From: Gammaproteobacteria bacterium
GTDB lineage: Bacteria; Pseudomonadota; Gammaproteobacteria; UBA4575
DNA length: 64,000 nt
Reading direction: 5' to 3'
Assembly (NCBI GenBank): GCA_045105815.1
Contig: JBGCDX010000097.1
Coordinates: 4,949-68,948, forward strand
A program made the translations under genes and the position numbers. How positions within the stretch are numbered: position 1 is the stretch's first letter; every line of letters begins with the position of its first letter. Under the pieces are notes generated by a model. That model did no database searches. It worked only from the letters and a program-made list of their open reading frames with translations, and was not told where the DNA came from. Below are positions 10,604 through 20,690 of the stretch, in pieces.

Positions 10604-11911
10604 TCAGTTGGAAGTGTGCAGTCTATTCTCGATATAACTTTCATCGCGTAGTTGGCGAAGCCATAATTCTGTTTCTTCTTCAAACTTTCTTTGTCTTATT
10701 TGTTCACGAGCTTCGGCGCGCATCGCTTCTTGAGAGTTATCATGTTCTCGTTTATCAAGCACCTCAACAATGTGCCAGCCAAATCTGCTCTTGAAGGGTT
10801 CGCTAATATTTTTTGGTTGAAGTTCATCAACAACTTCCTTAAATTTTGGAACAAAATTACTACTTACAGTCCAATCCATGTTGCCGCCATTTACAGCGCT
10901 TCCTGTGTCTTCTGAATTTGCGCGCGCTAATTCCTCAAAATCATCACCATTATCAATTCTAGCTTTTAAATCTTTAAGCTTTCTTTCAGCCTCTTTGTCA
11001 TCAATTAAAGCATTGGTGCGCACTAATATATGTCTAGCTAAAACTTGATCAACCATTGTGTTTTCAATGGCGCGTCTATCTAGAACTTTGAAGATATGAT
11101 AACCCGCAGCACTTTGGCCAATTTTGCTTATATCTCCAGTTTGCATGTTATCGATTTGTTGTACGAAAACTTCAGGTAACTGTGTTTTGTTACGCCAACC
11201 TAAATCACCACCTTGTAATGCATCTTGCGCATCAGAAGCAGCAATAGCTAACTGAGAGAAGTTATTACCAGCTCTTGCACGATCATGAACTAAAGAGGCG
11301 CGATGTTGAGCTTTTTCTATTTGTCCTGGTTCAGGAGTTTCAGGCACAGCGATGAGAATATGAGCAACATTATATTCATATTCTTTCTTTAATAAGTCTT
11401 TATCAGCTTTAGTTACTAGTTCTTCAATTTCACTATCGGATATTTGCACTCTACTGTTTATGGTTCGTCTACGAAGTTGGTCCAGTAACATTTCATTTCG
11501 TACTTGATCGCGATAAGCAACATAATCTAAGCCTTGCTTAATTAACACTTCACGAAATTGTTCTAATGTCATTTGGTTGCGCTTGGCCAAGTTTCGCATA
11601 GCTTGATCTAAGCTTAATTCATCTATTTGAATACCTCTTTGTTCAGCGAGCTGTAGTTGTAGGCGTTCAACAATAAGTCTTTGTAAAATTTGCTCAATTA
11701 GCACGTCTTGTGGAGGGATAGCGTCAGGGTTTCCTTCGAATTGTTTCACGATAACGCTTGCACGTTGGCGTAATTCACTTTCCATGATGACGTCATTTTC
11801 GACGACTGCAACAATGCGATCTAATAGTTTAGTATTTGCACTACTTGTAAAGGTAATTACTAGTAGTGAAATAAGTAAAAATAGTGCTGATATAAATTTA
11901 AGTTGTTTCAT
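10604..11911 (-). CDS. surA: Periplasmic chaperone/peptidyl-prolyl isomerase SurA
   Basis: Signal peptide from the internal Met (MKQLKFISALFLLISLLV) and two parvulin-type PPIase domains. The track ORF start at 11971 is probably too far upstream. Confidence 0.85.
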   Translation of the reverse strand: MKQLKFISALFLLISLLVITFTSSANTKLLDRIVAVVENDVIMESELRQRASVIVKQFEGNPDAIPPQDVLIEQILQRLIVERLQLQLAEQRGIQIDELSLDQAMRNLAKRNQMTLEQFREVLIKQGLDYVAYRDQVRNEMLLDQLRRRTINSRVQISDSEIEELVTKADKDLLKKEYEYNVAHILIAVPETPEPGQIEKAQHRASLVHDRARAGNNFSQLAIAASDAQDALQGGDLGWRNKTQLPEVFVQQIDNMQTGDISKIGQSAAGYHIFKVLDRRAIENTMVDQVLARHILVRTNALIDDKEAERKLKDLKARIDNGDDFEELARANSEDTGSAVNGGNMDWTVSSNFVPKFKEVVDELQPKNISEPFKSRFGWHIVEVLDKREHDNSQEAMRAEAREQIRQRKFEEETELWLRQLRDESYIENRLHTSN

Positions 11912-11927
11912 GTTTAATATATTCATT

Positions 11928-14195
11928 CTAAAAATATTCATCGTCCCTGGAGTCGTAGCCTCGTATGCCACGTTCTAGTAATTCACCTATTGGCGATCCA
12001 ATTTGGCCTAAGCCCTTCAATACAAGCTGAAGTTCTATACTGTTATTATAGTCTTCATCTGTATTCTGATTATAGCGCCGTCCTGCTAGGCGAAGTTTCC
12101 AGCAGCAGGTGTCGTATTCGACCCCAACCAGTTGCTCTAAGTTGCGCTTTTCTTGTATATCATAGTTCCAGCGTGTAACGGCCCGCCAATGCTCGTTGAT
12201 GGGGAATACCATTGAAATATCTGACTGTTCTAGACTTTCGCGTACATTGCTTTCGCTGTCGATAGGTTCAATATCACTACGACGGTATCGATACCCCATA
12301 TTGAAGATTAGCCCATTGTTATTATTGTATTGAAATCGAACTGAATTTCTTTCGGTATGGTCGTCATGGGTATCATATAGTGTGGATGCAATTGCTTCCC
12401 AGCGATCATGCAGACCAATTTTTAGCTCTGCAGCGACTTCAGAAGAGCTCTCGTCTTCACGAATTTCATTGGGTAAGGTAACTTTGCGATCGCGGAAATA
12501 AAAGATACGTCCCAAGCTGGCTCGGAATTTTTCGCTACCATCTTCTAAGTCTAGTATGCGGGTGGTTAATCCGACACTTAAACGATCTGCGTCTCCAATC
12601 CTATCGCTGCCACTAAAACGGTCATCACGAAAAAGTTGTTCATATCCAAATTCATATTCTGCAGTATCGAATAAAGGAATATCATCTTGGTCTCTAAATG
12701 GTGTGTGCAGATAATAGAGGCGGGGTTCTAGAGTTTGGATATTGGTTGAGTTCTTAAAACTTTTTTCAAATATTAACCCAGCATCTAGATGTGCACTTGG
12801 CAAACTACGTGATGGATTGTCATCTAGTCCATCTCTACGGTTCAAGTCGTATTCAGTATGTGTGAGCCTTGCGCCAGGGCGAATAAAATATGCGTTGCTT
12901 TCGAATGGTCGCTCAAGTTCAATACCCAAATGCAGTCGGTCACCATCAATCCTGTCGTCGTGTTCGAATTGAACCCATTCACTTTCAGAATTGAAATCAA
13001 ACCCTCCAGGTAAATTGTAATACGCGCTATCTAATTTTATCTGCGGTACGCGTTTAAATGGTTTGTCTTCATTGGCTAAGCTCTCGTCAACGACTTGAAA
13101 GCTTTGCGCGCGCGCTAAAAAATTCCAATGATCGGTTGTATATCGTAGGTCGCTGTGTCGCTCTAAATATTGGGTGCTGGTAATGCCTAATCCATCTCCC
13201 AAGTCTTCAAAATAATTTTCATCAGATACTTTGTTATAAAGTAAGTCGAGTTGTAGATTTGGAGTGAACTGGCTGATGTGTTCAAAGTTAGCTAAGTAAC
13301 GGTCGTCTTTAAACTCACTATCATCTAGATGCTCCAATCCTAGTTGCCCAACACTTTTTTCATTCAGATAACGGAAATTAGATTTTAGTTGCAAGCCACG
13401 TTCAGTTAATAACCTTGGTGCAAAAATAGCATCTTTATTAGGAGCAATGTTCCAGTACCATGGCGCTTCTAATTCAAAGCCAGAATCATTTGAGTTGCCA
13501 ATCGTAGGAGCTAAGAAGCCAGATTTACGACGGTCGTCAATAGGAAAACGGATCCATGGTGTGTAAAAGATGGGTACACCTTTGAATTTAACTAGTACAT
13601 CTTTTCCAATTCCGTCACCAGTAGTTTTGTTTAAATTTACTTCATCTGCAGATAACTCCCAAGTGCGGTCATCTTCTTCACAGGTACTGTAAGTGGTGTC
13701 TTCAAAACGAACAAAGTCAACAGAAGAGCGCTCTATTTTTTTCGCTTCTCCGCTTGCATGTAATGGTTTGTAAAAATATGTAGCGTCTTCGGATTTAGCA
13801 TAGTCTGATTCGAGATTGAGTTCGGCTGCTTCACTTTTAATGATTAACTGCTGGTCTTCGGCGCGAACATTGCCGCTAGCGAGAACATTCTTATTATTTT
13901 CATCATATTCTAGTTTTTCAGCATCGACTTTCTGTGAGCCCCGTGTCATCTGCACAGTACCTTCTAATGTCGCAATTCCATTTTCATCGCGTTTAGCTTG
14001 ATCTGCGGTAAACTCTGCTGGGGTATTGGGGTCCAAAGGTATAACTTGCTGACTAGATTCGGTTATGGAGCTGCCACTACAGAGTCCATAGATGCCGTCT
14101 TCGTTACTATCTTGGGCATAGGCAGATGTGTAACAAAAGGCGCATGTCAGCACTAAAATGGATACACACAGCTTACTTATGGCTTTTATTAACAC
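11928..14195 (-). CDS. lptD: LPS-assembly outer membrane protein LptD
   Basis: 755 aa, signal peptide, beta-barrel-rich composition ending ...DDEYF. Conserved lptD-surA-pdxA order. Confidence 0.9.
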   Translation of the reverse strand: MLIKAISKLCVSILVLTCAFCYTSAYAQDSNEDGIYGLCSGSSITESSQQVIPLDPNTPAEFTADQAKRDENGIATLEGTVQMTRGSQKVDAEKLEYDENNKNVLASGNVRAEDQQLIIKSEAAELNLESDYAKSEDATYFYKPLHASGEAKKIERSSVDFVRFEDTTYSTCEEDDRTWELSADEVNLNKTTGDGIGKDVLVKFKGVPIFYTPWIRFPIDDRRKSGFLAPTIGNSNDSGFELEAPWYWNIAPNKDAIFAPRLLTERGLQLKSNFRYLNEKSVGQLGLEHLDDSEFKDDRYLANFEHISQFTPNLQLDLLYNKVSDENYFEDLGDGLGITSTQYLERHSDLRYTTDHWNFLARAQSFQVVDESLANEDKPFKRVPQIKLDSAYYNLPGGFDFNSESEWVQFEHDDRIDGDRLHLGIELERPFESNAYFIRPGARLTHTEYDLNRRDGLDDNPSRSLPSAHLDAGLIFEKSFKNSTNIQTLEPRLYYLHTPFRDQDDIPLFDTAEYEFGYEQLFRDDRFSGSDRIGDADRLSVGLTTRILDLEDGSEKFRASLGRIFYFRDRKVTLPNEIREDESSSEVAAELKIGLHDRWEAIASTLYDTHDDHTERNSVRFQYNNNNGLIFNMGYRYRRSDIEPIDSESNVRESLEQSDISMVFPINEHWRAVTRWNYDIQEKRNLEQLVGVEYDTCCWKLRLAGRRYNQNTDEDYNNSIELQLVLKGLGQIGSPIGELLERGIRGYDSRDDEYF

Positions 14196-14328
14196 GGGAT
14201 ATAGGTAGAGTTGGTTAATTAAAGTACGTTAAAAACGTGTTTATTATTGATTCTTATTATATTGGATCTAATCACAAAGTCTGATTAATTATCAGACACT
14301 TACAGTGTAACAGTTTTAGGGTGAGTCA

Positions 14329-15534
14329 TTGGTCGATTCTGAGCAACATAACGTTAATTCTATAGGTAATACCAGCGGTTCAAAACAGCTGGTTGGTAGC
14401 TTGATAGCGATACTTACCGCAGGTTTATTGGTGGCAGCACTATTTTGGACAAAAGAAGGGCCACAAGCCAAACTAGAAGAATTACCCTCACTCAAAGTCG
14501 TGCTTTTAGAAGTCCAACGACATGATTTGTTGCCAACCGAGCCATTAACGGGTCGTTTGCAGCCGGTAAAAACAGCTTACCTTAAGTTTGAAGTGCAGGG
14601 CAGGGTAAAAGAGCGTGCGGTAGAACCAGGTTTGTATGTACAGCAAGGCCAAAAGTTACTTACCCTTGACGCTAGAGATCTGCAAGATCAGTTTACGCAA
14701 TCTCAATCTCAATACGATATTGAGCAGGCTAGTATTCAACGCGATCAACGTATGTTAAAGCTTGCCAAGCAAAATTTAGAGCTTCAAAAATCGGAAGTAC
14801 AGCGTTATGAACAATTAAATAATGATTCTTTAATTTCAGCATCACAGCTTGATGCTGCACGCCAACAAATGTTCACACTGGATTCACAAGTTTCTGACTT
14901 GCAATACAAGGTGAGCACTTCAAAAGCTAGAGTAGCGCTAAAAATTTCAGAACGAGACTTAACGGAACGAAATTTACAGCGTGCGACACTAACAGCACCT
15001 TTTTCCGGATATGTAAATGAAATAAATGTTGAAGTTGGTGACTTTGTTACAGCAACTCAAATGGTAGCAACAATGGTGGATACAAGTTCTTTAGACTTGC
15101 ATCTAGATGTGCGAGGTGAAGTGGTTGCAGCGTTGAAGTTAAATCAAGAAATGAATGTTGAGGTTGGTTCTAAAATAATTCCTGGCAAACTTATTGCATT
15201 GCAGCCGGATCCAAATATGTCTACAAACACACATGCAATTAGGATAAGACTGCCGGGTGATAAAGTGCAGTCAGGCACCTTAGCCAGTGCAGATATGCCA
15301 CTTAGCCAACAAGTAAATGTGCTAACCGTCCCAGTATCTGCTGTTTCAACCAATGCTGGTGAAAGCTTTGTATATAGCTATAAAGATGGCGTGTTGCATA
15401 AGTTGCCTGTAGTGATTAGTAGTAGGGTAGGTGGCAACTTCGTTGTTTCTGCAGGAGTGGAAACAGGTGAAAAAATTGTAGCGCGCGATGTGGCAGGGCT
15501 TAAGGATGGTCAGCGTGTTGTTGCGGATCTTTAA
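14329..15534 (+). CDS. RND efflux periplasmic adaptor (membrane fusion protein, HlyD family)
   Basis: N-terminal TM anchor, coiled-coil central region, beta-barrel C-terminus. Immediately upstream of an RND permease. Confidence 0.75.
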   Translation: MVDSEQHNVNSIGNTSGSKQLVGSLIAILTAGLLVAALFWTKEGPQAKLEELPSLKVVLLEVQRHDLLPTEPLTGRLQPVKTAYLKFEVQGRVKERAVEPGLYVQQGQKLLTLDARDLQDQFTQSQSQYDIEQASIQRDQRMLKLAKQNLELQKSEVQRYEQLNNDSLISASQLDAARQQMFTLDSQVSDLQYKVSTSKARVALKISERDLTERNLQRATLTAPFSGYVNEINVEVGDFVTATQMVATMVDTSSLDLHLDVRGEVVAALKLNQEMNVEVGSKIIPGKLIALQPDPNMSTNTHAIRIRLPGDKVQSGTLASADMPLSQQVNVLTVPVSAVSTNAGESFVYSYKDGVLHKLPVVISSRVGGNFVVSAGVETGEKIVARDVAGLKDGQRVVADL

Positions 15535-15572
15535 AGCATAATTACTCTCATCAATAATATAATTAAAATTGC

Positions 15573-18500
15573 ATGGGTATTATAAACTTCTCGATCAAAA
15601 ATCCTCTTGTCGTAAATTTATTTCTATTATTAATTGTCGTGCTGGGAATAATTTCTTGGCGCAGCATGCCGCAAGAAATGTTTCCAGTAGTGGAAATCGA
15701 TAAAGTACGAATAAATACGGTATTTGAAGGTGCACCTCCAGAAGAAGTGGAGTCGCAAGTAACGATAACGATCGAAGATGAATTAGACTTGCTACCCGAT
15801 ATTGATGTGGTTACATCTGAAAGTAATGAAGGTGTTTCTAAAATCATCATCGACCTTAAGCCCGATGCAGATATAGATGAATTTGTACGAGATCTTCGCT
15901 CCACCGTTGATGCAATAACCGATCTTCCTGAAGAAGCTGAAAGGCCGAGTATCACAAGATTAAAAACTCGTTTTCCCGTAATCAGTCTAAGTGTTTATGG
16001 AGATGTTTCAACGGGCACATTAGTGCAAACAGCAAAAGATATTAAAAGCCAGTTGCAGCAATTAGATGGTGTAGCAAGCGTAAGTATTGCGGGCGAGCGT
16101 GAATGGGAGTTATGGATTGAAGTAGACCCATTTGTTATGTCTGCACGAAATGTTTCATTAAATGAAGTTATTTCAGCTTTACGAAATAACTTGCGAGACT
16201 TGCCGGGTGGCTCCCTTAAAGCAGCTGAGGGCGACATATTGTTGCGAGGTAAAGGCGCAGCACCCAACATTGAGTCTGCCAAGAAGATTGTATTGCGCAG
16301 CAACAGTAATGGTGGGCAGCTAGTGTTGGGTGAGGTTGCTGAGGTGCAATTGAGGTTGGAGGAAACAAAAACACTTGGTCGTTTCAATAACAAGCCGTCT
16401 GTTAATCTAACTATTACTAAAACAGCTAAAGCTTCTACAATAGAAGTTTCAAAATTAACGCGTGAACTTGCTGCAAAATTACAAGAAGAACTTCCACCAG
16501 GAATAAAAGTTGGATTGTTTAGTGATTTATCTATTTATGTGAAAACGCGTTTAGAGACATTAAAATCTTCCGGAGCTGTTGGATTGGTTTTGGTTTTGTT
16601 GTCACTCTATTTGTTTCTAAACTTTAGGGTTGCAGCCATTACTGCAATGGGCATTCCTGTGTCTTTCTTGGTGGCTGTAATTATTATTTATTATCTTGGC
16701 TATACCATCAACATGGTTTCTATGTTTGCATTTTTAATTGCACTAGGAATGATTGTTGATGATGCAATCATTGTTACCGAAAACACGTATCGTCACATGG
16801 AAAATGGCATGACAGCTAGGTCTGCTGCCAAAGTAGGGGCGAGTGAAGTATTTTGGCCGGTTATGGCTTCAACATGTACAACCATTGCGGCATTCCTTCC
16901 AATGTTCGGTGTTTCGGGAACCATGGGTTTGTTTATCCAGGTAATTCCAGTTGTGGTAACGGCCTCTTTGGTAGGTTCATTGTTGGAGGCTTTCGTAGTT
17001 CTGCCTTCACATTCAGCTGAGATGTTGCGTTTAGCTAAACAAAAGAAACGCAGTAGGATAGATTGGAATAAATGGTTGGGTAAATATGTTTCTGTTGTGA
17101 AATATGCGCTACATAATCGATATTTTATTTCTGCCGTAACGATTGGTGTATTAAGTGTTGTATTAGTATTTGCAAAAACACATATGCCATACAATCAATT
17201 CGGCGATGTAGAGATTGGCCAGTTCTTGGTGAATGTTGAAGCGCCAAATACCTATAGTATTGAGGATACTACCGAGCTTGCAATTCAGATTGAGAAAAAA
17301 TTTGACAGTATATTTCAAGAAAACGAACTGGATACGTTGTTAACAAATGTTGGAGTTACTCTAATTGATTTTAATCGCTTAAAGCTTGGTAGTAACTATA
17401 TTCAATTTGTAGTGGATCTAAAGAAGCCTAAGTCCACAGGGTTTGTTGAAAGGTTTGTGAGCCCATTAGTAAATATGCGTTTTAATTCTGAAGGCGTTAG
17501 AGAACGAAGTACCGAAGTGATTCTAAGTGAAGTCAGAGAAAGTGTTGCTTCGATACCAGGAATCCAACGCTTTTCCATATTGCGTCCACAAGGTGGTCCA
17601 GCGGGTTCAGATATAGAGGTAGGCATTGTTGGGAAAGAAACAGAGAAGTTATTAAGCTTGTCTGGCGAAGTGGTGACATTTTTGCGCCGTGTGCCAGGGG
17701 TGCGAGATGTGCGGCAGGATCTAGAGCCCGGCAAATTGGAATATCAATACACGATTAATGCGCGTGGCAGAGAGTTGGGTCTTACGCAGACGCTAATCGC
17801 TGATGCGGTGCGTACAGGTTACTTGGGTTTGGAAGTAATGCAGGTGAATTGGAAGTCTGATCGATATCCTGTAAGGGTGATCTATCCAGATTCAATTCGT
17901 GAAGATGGTGCAGGTCTTAGCCGCTTGCCGATTACGCTAGAGAGTGGCGGTACAGTTTATTTGGGTGAGGTGGCCACTATTGAATTAGGTCGTGGATTAG
18001 GTGCAGTGCAACGACGTGATTCCAAACGATTGTCTTTAATTACGGCTGAAGTGGATAAGGATGCCATTACCCCTTTAGAGGTGACAGCGTTATTAGAAGA
18101 AGAATTTAAAACATTAAGTGATGATAATTTTGGTTACTCATTATTATTTTTAGGTGAAAAAAAGGAAGCGCAAGATTCATTTAACGACATAGGTAAAATG
18201 CTGATTATTGCTTTGGCAGTAATCTTTTTTATCTTAGCTGCATTATTTAAATCATTGTTAGACCCATTCGTAATAATGTTTGCAATACCTTTTGCAATTG
18301 TGGGCGTGATCACTGGGCATTTTTTATTTGGCTATAACCTTCAGTTTTTATCCATGATTGGTTTTCTTGCGTTGACTGGAATAGTGGTGAATGACTCATT
18401 AATTCTTATCGATTTTGCTAAAAAGCGCATGGCAGATGGGGCAGATTGTTTTGATGCATTAGTTGAAGCAGGGCGGGTACGTATTCGTCCAATTTTGCTT

Positions 18501-18722
18501 ACAACTGTGACAACATTTTTAGGAATTTCACCATTAATATTTTTTGCCAGTGGTCAAACTGCGTTTCTTTCACCTATGGCAGTGAGTTTAGGTTTTGGGT
18601 TGATCTTCGCGACGGTTTTAATCCTCATTGTTTTGCCTTGCTTTTATATGATTGCAGATGATTTGCGTAATTATGCGACTACGAAAGTTAGAGCAATAAA
18701 AGAAAGTTCTAGCGTTGCATAG
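15573..18722 (+). CDS. RND multidrug/cation efflux permease (AcrB/AcrD/AcrF family)
   Basis: 1049 aa with a 12-TM architecture and two large periplasmic loops. Confidence 0.85.
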   Translation: MGIINFSIKNPLVVNLFLLLIVVLGIISWRSMPQEMFPVVEIDKVRINTVFEGAPPEEVESQVTITIEDELDLLPDIDVVTSESNEGVSKIIIDLKPDADIDEFVRDLRSTVDAITDLPEEAERPSITRLKTRFPVISLSVYGDVSTGTLVQTAKDIKSQLQQLDGVASVSIAGEREWELWIEVDPFVMSARNVSLNEVISALRNNLRDLPGGSLKAAEGDILLRGKGAAPNIESAKKIVLRSNSNGGQLVLGEVAEVQLRLEETKTLGRFNNKPSVNLTITKTAKASTIEVSKLTRELAAKLQEELPPGIKVGLFSDLSIYVKTRLETLKSSGAVGLVLVLLSLYLFLNFRVAAITAMGIPVSFLVAVIIIYYLGYTINMVSMFAFLIALGMIVDDAIIVTENTYRHMENGMTARSAAKVGASEVFWPVMASTCTTIAAFLPMFGVSGTMGLFIQVIPVVVTASLVGSLLEAFVVLPSHSAEMLRLAKQKKRSRIDWNKWLGKYVSVVKYALHNRYFISAVTIGVLSVVLVFAKTHMPYNQFGDVEIGQFLVNVEAPNTYSIEDTTELAIQIEKKFDSIFQENELDTLLTNVGVTLIDFNRLKLGSNYIQFVVDLKKPKSTGFVERFVSPLVNMRFNSEGVRERSTEVILSEVRESVASIPGIQRFSILRPQGGPAGSDIEVGIVGKETEKLLSLSGEVVTFLRRVPGVRDVRQDLEPGKLEYQYTINARGRELGLTQTLIADAVRTGYLGLEVMQVNWKSDRYPVRVIYPDSIREDGAGLSRLPITLESGGTVYLGEVATIELGRGLGAVQRRDSKRLSLITAEVDKDAITPLEVTALLEEEFKTLSDDNFGYSLLFLGEKKEAQDSFNDIGKMLIIALAVIFFILAALFKSLLDPFVIMFAIPFAIVGVITGHFLFGYNLQFLSMIGFLALTGIVVNDSLILIDFAKKRMADGADCFDALVEAGRVRIRPILLTTVTTFLGISPLIFFASGQTAFLSPMAVSLGFGLIFATVLILIVLPCFYMIADDLRNYATTKVRAIKESSSVA

Positions 18723-18980
18723 AATGTTTAAGGTGTGATGAACTTACTATTGGTAATACGCAATACTATCCCATTGAGCACTTTTGTTGGTTAATTAACC
18801 TGCTATAGTCTATTTTCAATTTAAGGTGCACAGTGGTCTGCATCCTTGTTCAAAACGGTAATCATCTCGATTCACCTCAATAAAACTAAAATAAACACAA
18901 CACGTTTTCGCCTAGACCATTCCAAGCTTATGCCATAAACGCATTAATTGGGTGGGCCGATCTCTGGAGATAGTACAAAA

Positions 18981-20336
18981 ATGTCATTTGAATCACTCGG
19001 TTTAAGAGCCGAATTAGTCCGCGCTGCGTCTGAAAAAGGCTATAGCGAACCTACACCTATACAAGCACAAGCCATTCCACCAATTTTAGAAGGTAGGGAT
19101 CTTATGGGTGGAGCACAAACAGGTACGGGGAAAACTGCTGGTTTTACGTTGCCAATGCTGCAAAGGCTCATGGAGAGCAAACCAAAAAAAGGTCGCCGTG
19201 CAATTCGTGCTTTAGTGTTAACGCCTACACGTGAACTTGCTGCACAAGTTACCGAAAGTGTGCGAGATTATGGGAAACATTTACCAATTCGTACCACAGC
19301 AGTGTTTGGTGGTGTAAGTATCAACCCGCAAATTAAAAAACTACGCGATGGCGTAGATATTTTAGTGGCGACGCCTGGCAGACTTTTAGATCACGTTGGT
19401 CAAAACACAATTGATCTTTCTAAAGTAGAGATATTAGTTCTTGATGAAGCGGATCGTATGTTGGATATGGGTTTCATTCATGATATTCGTAAAGTGCTTG
19501 CTTTAATGCCTAAACAAAAACAAACCTTGTTATTTTCCGCAACGTTTTCAAATGAGATTAAACGTTTAGCGGGAGACTTGCTTCACGACCCAGAGTTGAT
19601 TGAAGTTGCACAGCGAAACACTTCGGCTGAGCGCGTAACTCAAGTGGTTCACCCGGTTGATGCTAAGAAAAAGCGTAAACTACTTTCGAAGTTAATTGGT
19701 ACCGGTAATTGGAAACAAGTATTGGTATTTGCTCGAACAAAAAGAAATTGTGATCGCCTAGCGCAATCACTAATTAAAGATGGGTTGGATGCTGCCGCAA
19801 TTCATGGTGGTAAAAGCCAAGGTGCACGTACAAAAGCATTAGCACATTTCAAGTCGGGTAAAGTAAGAGTGCTAGTGGCAACTGATATCGCAGCACGTGG
19901 TTTAGATATTAGTCAGCTTCCGCATGTTGTTAATTATGAGTTGCCGCATGTACCTGAAGATTATGTGCATAGAATTGGTCGAACTGGGCGTGCGGGTCAT
20001 GAAGGTGAGGCGGTTTCACTAGTATGTATTGATGAGGCAAAATTACTTAAAGATATTGAGCGTTTGATTAAGATCGATATTCCTAAAGTGGTGATTGAAA
20101 ACTTTGAGGTGGATCCAACCATTAAAGCGCAGCCGATTACAATGGGCCGCCAACAACAGCCACGTAGAAGTAAAGGCGCTAAAAGACCTTCACAAAGAAG
20201 GCAATCGGGTGCTGGAAAGAAACAAGCTAATGGCAATAAAAAGAAGCCATCACCATCAGCGTCACTATATAAAGGTAGTTCAAATAAACAAGGACGATCA
20301 GGCAATAGTGCTCGTCAGCAAAGTTCGCACGCTTAA
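18981..20336 (+). CDS. rhlE: ATP-dependent DEAD-box RNA helicase RhlE
   Basis: Q-motif, [15 protein letters not shown] and HRIGRTGR motifs, plus an Arg/Lys-rich C-terminal tail. Start moved to the MSFESLGL Met. Confidence 0.85.
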   Translation: MSFESLGLRAELVRAASEKGYSEPTPIQAQAIPPILEGRDLMGGAQTGTGKTAGFTLPMLQRLMESKPKKGRRAIRALVLTPTRELAAQVTESVRDYGKHLPIRTTAVFGGVSINPQIKKLRDGVDILVATPGRLLDHVGQNTIDLSKVEILVLDEADRMLDMGFIHDIRKVLALMPKQKQTLLFSATFSNEIKRLAGDLLHDPELIEVAQRNTSAERVTQVVHPVDAKKKRKLLSKLIGTGNWKQVLVFARTKRNCDRLAQSLIKDGLDAAAIHGGKSQGARTKALAHFKSGKVRVLVATDIAARGLDISQLPHVVNYELPHVPEDYVHRIGRTGRAGHEGEAVSLVCIDEAKLLKDIERLIKIDIPKVVIENFEVDPTIKAQPITMGRQQQPRRSKGAKRPSQRRQSGAGKKQANGNKKKPSPSASLYKGSSNKQGRSGNSARQQSSHA

Positions 20337-20351
20337 GGAAACAATAGTTAT

Positions 20352-20384
20352 AAATGCCCGCTTAGAATGCGGGCATTTTATTTA
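20352..20384 (+). terminator. Rho-independent terminator of rhlE
   Basis: Perfect 10-bp stem aaatgcccgc/gcgggcattt with a 7-nt loop, followed by a U-rich tract. Confidence 0.7.
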
Positions 20385-20496
20385 AGCTTGACTAATTTTA
20401 AACCAAATACCGCATGGCTAATTGCTGGCAACTCTCGATATAACGTTCGAGTCATCATCAATAAATTATTATCAGATTACTATTTTTTGCATCTAT

Positions 20497-20558
20497 TTAG
20501 TGCGCATAAAATTAATTTAGTGCATAAATTTATTCTTCCATAAAAGATAGTGCATAAA
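20497..20558 (+). promoter_or_regulatory. Three direct copies of a TAGTGC(GC)ATAAA box upstream of fmdA (candidate enhancer or operator sites)
   Basis: TTAGTGCGCATAAA at 20497, TTAGTGCATAAA at 20517, ATAGTGCATAAA at 20547. Confidence 0.5.
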
Positions 20559-20596
20559 AAACCGCATGTTTCCTAGCATTGATAGCTTCTTGTGCC

Positions 20597-20612
20597 TGGC
20601 ACGAATCCTGCT
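20597..20612 (+). promoter_or_regulatory. Putative sigma-54 (-24/-12) promoter of fmdA
   Basis: TGGCAC-gaatc-CTGCT against the consensus TGGCAC-N5-TTGCA, about 80 nt upstream of the fmdA ATG. A 10-bp palindrome TTATGCATAA lies in the leader at 20633-20642. Confidence 0.5.
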
Positions 20613-20690
20613 TTATATAACTTAACCATCCTTTATGCATAATTTTAGTAAAGGTTGATTGAAGAATTATAATATAGGAGTTCAGCAGGA

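Noticed and set aside
10570-10640. tRNA-like D-loop sequence GATAGCTCAGTTGG near the surA stop
   Set aside because: No acceptor stem or anticodon arm can be folded. The matching D-stem 3' half (TAGAGC-type) is absent. It lies inside the surA coding 3' end.
15563-17734. Ser/Thr-rich minus-strand ORFs (130, 132, 133 and 110 aa) inside the RND permease gene
   Set aside because: Antisense artefacts fully contained within a well-supported 1049-aa CDS.
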